A DNA stretch of 64,000 nt, taken from NCBI GenBank assembly GCA_030704615.1, contig CM060732.1, forward strand, positions 60,760,001-60,824,000, read 5' to 3'. Of the stretch, positions 1-11,340 are shown piece after piece (the first letter of the stretch is position 1; each line of letters opens with the position of its first letter). Origin of the DNA: Takakia lepidozioides (taxonomy: Eukaryota > Plantae > Bryophyta). Under the pieces are notes generated by a model. The model had not been told where the DNA came from. It saw only the letters and a program-made list of their open reading frames with translations, and searched no databases. The translations under genes were made by a program, and so were the position numbers.

Positions 1-110
1 TTGCCTGTAAACTGATCTGGGTTGTCAATTGGAGGTGGATGCTTTTTGAGGAGAGAAGAGATGGCAAGATATGCCTCTGATGATAGGTAAGCTTCTGGAC
101 TTGTGAGCAG

Positions 111-646
111 CTACAATTTTCTGGACAGCGTGGAGTCAATTGTGGGAGGCGTCTGCTCCGTCTCTATCTCTCTCCTCCTCCCGTCCATTTTCTATTACAA
201 GTCAGTGTCTTTTCCCATCTTTCAAGATTCCAGTATGAATATTTCTCTCTCTCTATGAGCTTTCCGCGGACGTTATAAAGCACCATTTCATTTCATTTCA
301 TTTCTCTCACTCTTTTCTTACCTTTACATTTAACTAAAGAAGCCAGGAACAATGAAGATGAAGGGGCCAGAGTTGGAGTCAGCTATTCTGAGGCATTGCT
401 CCAAAGTAGTGCTGCAATGCTCACAATTTATGGTGTCCCACATTGCCAGTTCACCTCATTCTGGTGGGATGTGTATATCACACAAGACTGAGTTGAGTGG
501 AGTGGGGTTTTGAAAGGTTGCATGTGCAGGAGATGAGTGTTCAGAGGAAGGCAACAGTAGTGGGCATGTGCGGTCTGGGAATTTTGTGTGTGTTGGGTAT
601 TGCCACCATCAACATTCTGAAGCTGTCCCAGATCATCAAAGTCTAG
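111..646 (+). CDS. 3' end (last two exons, 111-200 and 517-646) of an amino-acid transporter, Aa_trans/AVT1-like
   Basis: The AG/GT-bounded exons splice in phase to YNFLDSVESIVGGVCSVSISLLLPSIFYYKLHVQEMSVQRKATVVGMCGLGILCVLGIATINILKLSQIIKV*. The hydrophobic helices and the S..LP..FY pattern resemble AAAP/AVT C-termini. The gene begins upstream of the window. Confidence 0.7.
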
Positions 647-1094
647 TTGCTTATTTCTGAATATATCAACTGACTATTTATCTGCATACATGCAAAAGAG
701 AGTGTAAAGGGCTATGAAGATGAGACCGTTTTGCAAGTAAGTGTGCTGTTTAGTTATTAACATGTAGTGTCTTTTGGTGGAAATGACCATATTGTTTTGT
801 AATGGTATGTTCAGTAAAACTTGTAGGTTTTATTTGCAGAATTACTGGAGGATAAGCTTGTCGTTGTACATCAGGGGAGGATTTGAACAGTTGGTGTAAC
901 ATTTCCCATTATCTTCTGTAGTGGGAATTTCATAAATAACTGGTCATAATAAGGTTTACTCTGCAGTTTGCGTACCTCGTCAAAGACTATATTGGATTGT
1001 AAAGACATACTTATTTAGTATATCAACCATTGCTCCTGCTTGGGTACCATGTCTTGGTTGGAGACTACTCTTCACAAGCTTCAGTAAGCTCTAG

Positions 1095-2698
1095 TTAGCT
1101 CTTGCACTCCCAAATAACAAAGCCATCACAATTGCATAGTCTCTTGTGCACACCAGCCCTGTCACTGCGGCCAATGACTGCAGCGGCTATTTTCTCAACG
1201 TTCGCACTAAGTCCAGGGGCGTATAAAACTACCGAACGCCCAATCATATCTGTCACCATCAGCTTACTGTTTGTTGCAGAGCTTTCTGCATGGCCATTTC
1301 TATCGGCTACCAGCATTCCCAAATCTCCCGCAGGTGTTTCCTACAAGCCATCCATTTTAACACAATTTCACTGAAATCATGGTTGACTTAAAGAAGCTAC
1401 TACTCTCTCTAGAAATTTGAACGCTTGAACTGGTTTGAACATACACCTCAAACAAGCTTTGACCTGTAAACTTCAATTCAATTCACCAACTTAGGTGCAG
1501 CCCTAACTCCTCCAGATCTCACACACCTCACCCACATACTGTTGGGGGACTGAAAGGTCCAAAGTAAGTCACTCACAAATATTGGCAGATTGGAGGGGTG
1601 ATAAGCTGCACCCGTGCTGGCAGGGCCCTGTGTGAGGTCACCGTATTCGTGCACACTCCAGCCATGGGCACCAGGGGCCAAACCATCGATGACAGCCTCT
1701 ATCACGCATGCCTGCAGCCCAGTGACCTCTTGTGCAAATCTCACCACCCCGTGCACAACTGGGCCTTTAAATTCTGCCACCGCTATCGTCATAGGTTCGC
1801 CTGTCTCAGGCCAGAATATGAATTAGTGAACAACCAAGTGTGGTCGGAGCTGCCTGCAAAAACTGAGGCATCCTCCACTAGGAAGAAATATTGCATCTTT
1901 ACCTACTCTTGAGACCTTCCTGAAGTGACGCAGAATAACTCTTTTGTTGAAGTACAGAGCACTAATCTTAGATCACAGCACACTGCTATTCGAGTGATGA
2001 GACGTACATCAAGGACGACTTCGTTATCTCAGTTACCTTCGCGACATACATGTACACCTTCAAAACGAGACCCAGGAAGAAGTTGGTTTGAGGTGGCAGG
2101 AATTCCTGTAAATCTAATGCAGCTGTCTTGACAGTGGACTGCATCCGGGAAAGATTGAAGTCTGACTCACTTTTGTGTCCTGATTGTAGCTTGGGAAGTG
2201 GTGAATCATCGAAGCTCTTTGGCTTGCCTGACCCCATTACTTTGAACAGATCCTGACTGGAATACTCTTCAAAGATTTGTGAGTCACCTGTTGGTCCCAC
2301 CGTTGAATTCAGTATACATTGAGTCTTCATAGTATGTAATCCTTTTAAGTTGTAACATATATGCTACTTTTGGGCAACCGGCCATGTAGTGAGTTCACAC
2401 GAAAGCAACCGTACGTACAAATAAGTTGACGTACATGACCTCGGATCGTTTTTCCCAGCAACCTCAAATTATCTCTGATTCCGATTCCTGAGAACATCCA
2501 GGCTACTGGAAATTAATGGAGTACCTACCGCAGACATACTATGAAGAGACTATGAACAATAAGGCCCAGTGAGCTCGTATACGTACCCGCCGGTTGGACA
2601 TTGCAGGCGACCATCGTAGCTGCCCCTCCCGCACGTTTGCAGCTCCTCTTTCCCTGCTTCTGTTCCACACAGACAACACCAAGTCCAATACCCGCCAT
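1095..2698 (-). CDS. CCS: Copper chaperone for SOD (CCS)-like protein, 193 aa, apparently lacking the ATX1-like domain I
   Basis: Exons 2698-2587, 1800-1577 and 1340-1095 total 582 nt in phase, with the ATG in an AAAATGGCG context. Domain II motifs: AVAEFKGP..GVVRFAQ, GAHGWSVHEYGDLT.GPASTG, GDLG, IGRSVVLY. Domain III has the CxC motif in KRLCNCDG. Exon 1 is the least certain part. Confidence 0.85.
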
Positions 2699-3378
2699 TT
2701 TGAGGATTGCCTTTGTAATAGTCTCACTGTAAGTCACATGAATTGCATACCACCCGTGTTCAAAACCGAGGGTTCCTACCCTTCCAGATGTCCCGGTTGC
2801 ACTTTTTGTATCTTAATCTCTCTCTTCAGGGCCAATGTACATATATATAGCTTCTTTCTTCTCTTTTTGATTGAACAGCATGACATGCCTGAAGCAAAAC
2901 TGAGGGTGATCGAATCCACACCTGCTGAAGTTTGGTTACTGAGACAAACACAGTGGTTGCAATTCCTGGCTCTTTCACACCCGGCAGCAGGCTGAGGCCA
3001 CAGCTCCTAAATCCAAAGGCTGCAGGCGAAGTGATCCAAACAACCATTGGCCTCTCCAGCTAGTTCGGTCCACTAGCTCTCATTACATCTACATAGATGG
3101 GCACGCTTCCTGCCCAGCAGACCCTCCCAAGACCGGACGAGAGCCCACAAGTCCCTATGATCCACCGAAGCAAATGCCCCTCAAATGCCCCTCAAATGCC
3201 CATCTATATAGAACCCAGAATGCGAGGAATTGGGGACCTGCTCGAGGTAGATCTCGGTCAAACCATGGGGCAAGAGTGCTGGTAGAGAATTCAACACAAA
3301 GTAATTTGCATGGTGGCACGATGTTGTCACTTTTACGACACTACTATGCACTGTGTGCATTGGGTTTAAATCTCACAT

Positions 3379-3881
3379 GTACAGTGCACTGTACTACTAT
3401 GGCTCTTTTGTACTTGTATTGTGTACTACACTTGTGTACTGCACAGAGCTGTATGTTTGTTCAAAGCTTCGCTGAGTTAGTCCCAAGGGAATTCCTCCTT
3501 GTGCGGAAAACCCTTTAAGTCACACACACTTTGAGATCAACATAAGTAGTACATCTAGATCTACATCTCCGCAATACAGATGTTGGATATATACTCTTCT
3601 AGAAACTCTTGTTTTGAAGAGCCATGAATCTCTGAGCCACGGCTTATCATTGATAAAGGATGTCGTCATTGTGTTGTGCGGTCGTAAGAAGGGTAGACCT
3701 GCAGCTGGATGGATGCGGTTATGTGAGCCCTAGATGAAATGGTTGCTCAAGTCACATGTTTTTCTTACATGTGGGTCGCCCACTTGGGAGAAGAGCTCTA
3801 TTGTGTCTCTAAGTATTGTGTACTACACTAAATGGCCGCAGTACACAGGGATGCCTGTACTGCAGTAGTACACTGTAGTAC
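3379..3881. promoter_or_regulatory. Two clusters of GTAC(T) copper-response elements (SBP/SPL7/CRR1-type) in the shared divergent promoter
   Basis: 11 GTAC in about 500 bp: 3379, 3391, 3410, 3423, 3436, 3549, 3820, 3841, 3857, 3868, 3878. Ten are GTACT/AGTAC. TATA-like boxes lie near 3205 (minus side) and 4015 (plus side). Confidence 0.8.
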
Positions 3882-4083
3882 ACAGCTCCAGGCTGCTGGC
3901 ATCTTCTTCAAACAATTATTCTGAAACCCACTCATCTGGAGTTATTAAAGAGGTGCTCTTTGAAGCCACGCCCCTGACGTGTTTGTTCTGGGTTTGCATG
4001 ATCGCTTGCTATCTTATAGAATCGGCATTTGCCCGCCCCTTCACTCTTGACTTGCGTTTGCATGGTTCTCAGATCTGAGGATC

Positions 4084-6125
4084 ATGGCAGCTGCAGTTCC
4101 ACTACCGTTGGCAACCGTGGAGCTCAGGCCCCTCCCCTTCGATTTTGTAAGCGGGTTGTGGAAATCTGTAATTTGTGTTGATTTGTGTTTGTCTGATTGC
4201 ACAGGCGGCGCTTATCTGGATTCTGTACTGTCTGGCTGGGTTCTCGCTGGGTTCCGTGTGAATTATCAGATGAGGTGTTTAATCAGGTCGATTCAGAACT
4301 AATAGCGCTCGGCCCTGTAGCTGCATGTCTACGAGCGAGTAAGTCGGTCCTAGTGCTGTTCGAGTTGCGTCACGATGTCTGTTCAAGCTCCAGCTACCCG
4401 ACCACTTTGATAAGGCGTGGCCTAATACGTACGCATGGCAGGATGCGTTGGAACCACACATGAGCAGGCAGACTCTAGAAGTACACTGGGGTAAACACCA
4501 CCGTGCCTATGTGGACAATCTCAAGAAGCAAATCGATGGCACTGATCTGGCCCGCAAAAGCCTTGAGGAGATTGTGAAACTTTCTTACAACAACGGCCAG
4601 CCTACCTCCGCTTTCAACAATGCTGGCCAGGTTTTCTTCTTAAGCTTCATTCTACTCTCGTCTCTTCTGAGTCCCATATATATACTTTTTGAGCTTCAAA
4701 CCGGTTTTCAGAGCTATGTCTCCCTCTCCATATAATCTGTCAGGCGACTGTCTGCCGTTCTCTTGCAGGTATGCCCAAGGCGGTAATTGCTGGAAGTCAT
4801 GCTTAGAGTTCCAAATTTCATGAATTGCTATGTATATCTGGACACGTTCAGTTTGAACACTGCCAACTCCATCACACATATGATGCACGATCCAAAAATG
4901 TTACCAGGACTTCTGAGGGTGCCAAAGGGGCCCGGGCGCAGGCATGGAACCACGAGTTTTTCTGGCAATCAATTAAGCCGGGTGGCGGCAAGAAGCCGAG
5001 CGGTGAGGTGCTCCAGTTGGTAGAACGGGACTTTGGGTCATTTCAGGGGTTTGTGCAGCAGTTCAAACAGGCTGGCGCTTCCCAGTTTGGTTCTGGCTGG
5101 GCATGGCTCGTCTGTAAGCAAAACATCCGAGCAAAACTAGTTTTTCATGTCATTCTGTGTTAAAGCAACAAAGTAGATTCCCAGATTGCACAGGTTTGAG
5201 CTTGTAAAATATATATGCCTTTAATTCGATCAGGCCTAGCGTCTTGTGACTGAAACATTCATGCCTTGCGGGGGATGAGGAGCAGGGAAAGATGGAAAGC
5301 TAGAAATTCAGAGCACTGCCAACGCCATCAGTCCACTTGTCTTCGGCTACAAAGTAAGGGCCTTCACCTAAGTAGTTGTAGCCTATGCGCTATCTCTTTC
5401 ACTGTTTCTATATGATTATGTCGAGAATTCTACGTGCGATCTTACATGTAAGCTTACATTGTGGCTCAGAATATCACTTGATAGGCCAACCGCACTTACT
5501 GACTCATAATTTACTGAGAACTGTCTGGGTGATTGATGGAACGGAATGGGGGGTGACAGCCTTTGCTGGTTGCGGATGTCTGGGAGGTGCGTATCTTACC
5601 TCAGCCTATTTTGAACTCTTCCTTACAATTTCCTGCTTCTGATATTACTGTACTGAGCTGGTGTTTTGTCCTAGGTAGATCCCGCATGATTTTTCGCAAA
5701 TTGAAGTATCTTAGCACTGGAATCTCAAGGATTCTAGAAACCAGCTTGTAACATATCATCTCTAAGAGAGGACGTCCTGCTAGAGAAAGAAGCTTGCTGG
5801 AGAAAACTCAAATTGAAGTTCTTGAGCATGAAATCTTATGTTTGCTGGGGTATGGGGATGGGCTTCGGTTGTGCAGCACGCTTATTACCTCGACTTTCAG
5901 GTGAGTAGCAGCATGCCTTGCCTTCGTAATCTGATACTTCAAGTACATCCCCGCACAGTGAACCAGGTCTTTGGCATTTTCGAGATCACAAATTGGAACT
6001 TACAATAGTGTTGTGTGATTGTGGGTATAATACAGAACCGGCGGCCTGATTATTTGACTACATTTGTGGATGAGTTGATCTCGTGGGAAGCTGTCGCTGC
6101 GCGTCTGGAGCACGCGCGCACATGA
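4084..6125 (+). CDS. FSD: Iron superoxide dismutase, 7 exons, no obvious transit peptide
   Basis: Exons 4084-4146, 4442-4630, 4942-5113, 5286-5353, 5560-5586, 5877-5900, 6036-6125. Motifs [27 protein letters not shown] (Fe-type), [26 protein letters not shown]. Confidence 0.95.
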
Positions 6126-6961
6126 TTTTACCCACAACCCGTACTGGACCCTGGAAAATTCCTAACCGCAGCAGATCAGCTGCAGTATTGAGGCCCCAAC
6201 AGTACCTGCAATTTGGCTCAGTCGTTAAATGGGATAAATGATTCCTTGCTTGTTTCCCATTGTACCTGAGTGTGCCAAATGCCAATTCAGAGACTTTTTA
6301 AATTGAGAAGCATCTCCGTCTCTCTCTCGCGTGTAGGTATGCTTTGTACATCCACGTTGTCTGGTAATACTTACGTTCTTCTCTCAAACGTTGCAAATCT
6401 GCAGACAGTTGCCATGCTATCAACTGCAGAATAAGTCGTTAGGAGATTAGATCAGATCTTAAATTGTACTGCATGCAGTGTACACATTCTCTAGTGCGCC
6501 TAAGGACATATGAATTGTTGATAGCGACGTGGCTGGCAGTAGTGAATCTGTTCTTCCCACGGCCTGGCCGCATATATGCTCCCAGATGGTCTGTCTATGT
6601 ATGGAGTGTCTCAATTCTGATGAGTGTTCTTCATAGCGTGATCAAACACAGACTAATACTTGATTGTAGTCTTATGGTGTCAATGGAAGAATAGATGTTG
6701 TCATGTAAAGATTCTTATACAAATCTAGACTGACGGTATGGGCTCTGACACGAGTTCGAATGAAGCTGCGAAGTAGATTCAGTTAGCTTAAGAAAAAAAA
6801 CAAAAAAACAAAAGGATAATAATCAAATTTGCGGGCGCTGGGGCAGAGTATATTGCAAGATTATGGCTTTAGAGATATACATATAAACGTATGCAAAGAA
6901 AACATGGTTTGTGGGTGGGAGCGTAGGTTATAGCTACTAGCGTAGTTTGTGCCGTTGGCAC

Positions 6962-7385
6962 AAGTGTTAAGTGTCATCTAAGCCCAAGTGCAATCTCCTA
7001 TGTATCCAAGTGCCTCTCTTCCCAAGTACAACCTCTAGGGTAGCTGCCGTTGGCCCATGTGTGAAGAATTGAAATCTAAGACCAAGTGCAATATCATATG
7101 TATTCCAATGCGTCTCCTATGTCTCCTATGTCGAGGCCCATCTAAGACCAATTTCAATCTTCTATGTATCCAAGTGCATCTCCCGCGTAGAGGCCCAAGT
7201 GTCCATTGTCATATAAGCCCAAGTGCAATCTCCTATGTATCCAAGTGTGTCTCCCAAGTAGACGCTCAAGTGCGACCTCCAATGTCTAATGTCATTTAAG
7301 TCCAAGTGCAATCCCCTGTGCATCCAGAGACCCTGCAGTTTGGGAGATCTCCACGTCAATCTCAACAATCTCTATGTCATTGCCC
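6962..7385 (+). repeat. Degenerate minisatellite, unit about 22 bp (CCAAGTGCAATCTCCTATGTAT)
   Basis: Near-exact or decayed copies at about 6984, 7082, 7149, 7219 and 7302, with further partial CCAAGTG units between them. Confidence 0.7.
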
Positions 7386-7414
7386 ACTTTGCTATTTTTG
7401 CAATCTTTGTCGAT

Positions 7415-8594
7415 CACTACTGCTAAAAGGGGGGTTTACGACGCCCATGGCCCGGCGCCGTGCGACCCCACTTATTAGCGACGTCAAGAGGGTCGTTATT
7501 CATGGGTCGGTATTATACCGACCCCTGAGGGGTCGCTATACTGAAATCCCAGCAAAATGAGGATCTTAAAATGACTAAGTCATTGGGACCGACCCCCCCC
7601 CCCGGCGTCGCTAATACCGCGGGGTTGATTTCCCGTCGGTTTCTTCTTGCGACGCCCCTGCCGACAGTCCCAATCCGACCCCTCTGGGTCGGATTAGGGT
7701 TTTTTTCCCCAAACGACCTCCGGGCCAACCAAATATATTTTTAACACTCTCTACCCTCGTCCTGGGCGTCGCTTTAACGGGGAAAGTTGATTGTTAAAGT
7801 TCTAATTTTGATTTTTAATTATTTAATTTCAATTTAAAGTCTGATTTTTGAGCAGGAAACCCGCTGATAGCACCCCAGAAATATTTTGCAAAAATACTCA
7901 CAGCGACCCCCCATAGGTCGCGGCGTCATGTTATTGTTAGGAAGTTGAATCGACCCCAGGAAGGCGCTGATAGCACCCCCGAAAATATGGACAAAAAAAT
8001 CTGACAGCGACGGCCTAGGGGTCGCTGTCAGCAGCGTCGGGTTATTGTTTAGGGACTTGAAGCGACCTCAGGGAAGGCGCTGATAGTAGTAACGACCCCA
8101 GGGAGTCACTAATAGAACCATTTGATATTAAATCGAATTTTAATGAATTTTAAATAAGTATTATGATTTAGAATATCTAGGATTGCGGATTTGAGGGGCG
8201 CAATGATTTTGTTTTTGGCAATAATTGGAATTCCAGACATAATCAAAAAGGTACTGCCAGTAGAGAACAGTAGTGAACGTGATCTATCTGGCTCCAAAAA
8301 GTGGTTTTGTGAAGCCACGCGTTAAAACCCTGGTCATCGAATGGCCTAATCACACCACTCTTGTCCTTCTCTTCTTTGGGAAACATATTGGTTTCCCTTT
8401 ATCATGTCAGTTACTCCAAACTATGAAAAGTCCATGCAACCAGGTAACTGGCAGAATTCAACATGAAAAATTAGGGTCGAAATGGAAACAACAGGGTGAA
8501 ATGTGTTGAATACAAACCATGTTACCCTACCAAACGTACAAACCAAGTGCTCCCTCACAAGTTTTAGACATCTGCCCTTACATCAATAGTAGTG
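7415..8594. mobile_element. Non-autonomous CACTA (En/Spm)-like element
   Basis: Begins CACTACT at 7415. AGTAGTG ends at 8594 with GAT on both flanks (candidate 3-bp TSD). CpG-rich subterminal repeats (CGACCCC/GGGGTCG/GCGACG) occur in both orientations at 7430-8110. An alternative right end, CAGTAGTG at 8268-8275, has no TSD. Confidence 0.6.
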
Positions 8595-8599
8595 GATAG

Positions 8600-11340
8600 C
8601 ATCACATTATCTGTTGCCTGCTGACGATTCTTTTCGGCACATGTTATCCACATCTCAATGAAAGTTTGCAGGCACCAAGCAAGTTCCAGTCTCTAGATGA
8701 GCTTACTTTGCAGTGTGAGCGATTGGGGAAAAAACGGGACGATTGTAAGACCACTATTTCTGCGGAAATAGACCAATTGAAGGCAAAATGACAAACTATT
8801 GATACCTAGAGGCTCGAGGCAATCCAGGAGAGGATGCGCGCATTTTGACTTTACAAGATCAAATGATTGGAAAAGATGTCCGAGTACGAGAGTTGGAGAT
8901 GCATTGGAACAAGCCTTCCACGATATGGTGGACTTAGAAGGTCCAAACCCTCGATGAAAGGAGTTCCGGACGAAATGTTTGCGAAATTACAGGTAGAACT
9001 CGAGCAGTATCGGAACCTCCACGAAGAGGAGTATGAGGAGTTGGAGATTACTGCCAGAGATTAGTTGGATGAGTTGGACAAATTAAGGAAAGAGCCACCT
9101 ACCGAGGTTGAACTATTGGAGCAATATGTTCTTATCCATTGGTCATAGATGTATTATGCAGATAACCTTCAGCAAGGTTACACTTACGACAGGAGCATTG
9201 TGAAAGCTATTTACAATGGAGACGAGCAACCCATTGATTTGGAGGAGGGGTGGCCAGAATTGATGCGCCTGGGGATGGAGAATCTTATGGTAGAGATGGT
9301 GGTTAGATGAGATTTGACGGTAGAACATCCTCATCTTTTCCTGATGACAGTAAGACTTTCCTACTAGTCGTTGTTTCATGTATTATCAACAATTGGAATA
9401 TCGATTGGAGATGTTTGTCAATCATCGGAAGGACAACCTTCTTGGGAATAGGCAGGTACGTAATGATTTCATCTGCCCCGCCAACGAGAAATTTGCTGAA
9501 TATTTGGTCCAATTACGGAAATTAGCAGAAAGAACCCTAAATGTTGCAACATTCCAGAGAATGCTGGATAGTTGCTATGGGCGTTCCAGGAAGCCTAGTG
9601 GAATGGATTTACACGATGCAGTATATGACTAAATGCGTACGAGCATTGCCAATCGTTTGCGCATTTGGTCAAGGGGAAGGAGTTGGGTGGAATTATTTGT
9701 CGATGGTTGGACTCATGACCTTGTCTTGGAGAGGCCTTCTCCTGTTCGGATGGTCACAGCAGGAAACCAATTGTTTGACCATTGTAATTTCCCACGCAAT
9801 TGGGAGTATTCGGAGTTTGTGGGGAAGACGAAAAAACTTATCAGGATTTGGATGATAGAGTGATTCCAGGGCGGGATGTTTTAACCTGGATTGGACAGGA
9901 TTACAGGGATACTGCGACCAATGAATAGATGAGCAACTAGGAGGAGAGAAGTGCCCAAAATCAAAGATTCCAATTCATGTATCGATTCGAGGCAGTATCG
10001 GGGCGTGCAATTGTCAGAGAAGGGGAAAATGACGAGAGATCTAGTGAATTCACACCTGCTCCAGGGAACATGACCCTAGAAAAGGATTTGCAATTCTCAA
10101 TTGCTTTGTGAAGCCATTCAGAACCTATTTCCAGTACGCTTCCATTTCACGAGTGATCGCAACCTCTACACCTTTTGCAGTTCTCTGGTCCTTAGGAAGA
10201 CTGTTATAATACTTGGCCTTGCCGCGCTCACCTACCTCACATATCTCTTGCTGCAAGCACATATAGAGAATTCATGTAAGAAGCAATCATAAAAAAATGT
10301 AGGCACTGCTGAACAAAGCAACCAAAAAATAAAAATGAGCATGTTCAAGATAGACAAATAGTTTGGGAGAACGTTACCGCATACATATACTCAAGAAAAT
10401 CGTCCCTGGTCAGCGTGTTCTAAGTGTCTTTTTTTGTTGGTATCGTATTTTTGGAATGTCTCGTCAGACAAAACAACCTCGAAACTCGTCAGAGACATCT
10501 TCCCGAACTTTTGCAAATTCGGTACAAGGTGTGTACCAGGTTCGCCGTCCCATGGGATGTCTTAGTCCCCCTGAGACGAACAAAATTCACTTTGGAGATC
10601 ACTTTGGAATAAAGAGACATTGTTTGGGATAAATTCAATCATAAGAAGTGTAGACTGGGATAAAAAACATGTAAGAATAACATGATTATTTGAAAGCTGA
10701 GTCTCAAACTTTCTGTTCACGTCTATCCAGTACCCACCCCCCTCGTCCATTATCTTGTCATTCACATCTGTCTCATTCCCATTGGTATCTGCCACTAAAA
10801 CTTAAAACACTGGGACCATAACAGAACGAATTGGCCTTCTTAAAGGACATGATCTCTTCTACCTTGTCCTCGTAATCCATATTGTCTATGTCAGGACTAG
10901 CCTCCGTTTGTTGCACCCGTTTCGCCTTCACTGTCTTATGCTATTTCTGCTTCTGTTTCAAAAAGAGAATCCACGTTACACCAGATAAATTAGTGCGATG
11001 CATGCAACAAGCATTGTTTGCAGTTCCGAGATATATCATTTTTCATGATAATGCTGAAGCACCATATGATCTTTGTGTCAACGCAGAGATCAAATGCTGG
11101 TTTTGCATTTGGAATTGTCAACAAACCCTCGCTTAGGTACTATTGCTAAGAAAACATACCCTCTTATGCTGCTTCGGCAAAGTAGTAACCTCAAATGGTC
11201 CCTGAGTTAACGCAAGGATCATCGGTTGTATTGAGGGATCATATTAAACTAGACGCAATACACTATCTCCGACAATAAAAAAAGTAAAGAAGGACCAAAT
11301 GACGCACCACATCATCATCGCCACGTTTCGGAAGCCACAT
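8600..11340. other. Degenerate coding-like sequence, probably a transposon relic of undetermined family
   Basis: Broken ORFs with charged, coiled-coil-like peptides (e.g. 8867-9064) and many stops or frameshifts. No clean exon chain and no recognisable domain. Confidence 0.3.

Noticed and set aside
1986-2330. 114-aa minus-strand ORF as the CCS N-terminus
   Set aside because: It has no HMA motif, and its GT donors are phase 0 while the next exon needs phase 1. It lies within the predicted intron 1.
2487-2496. 10-nt match (CCTGAGAACA) to the miR398 complement
   Set aside because: Too short, in the wrong orientation to be a target on the CCS mRNA, intronic, and without a supporting hairpin.
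6962-7385. CRISPR-like repeat array
   Set aside because: Eukaryotic context, degenerate units, irregular non-unique spacers and no cas genes.
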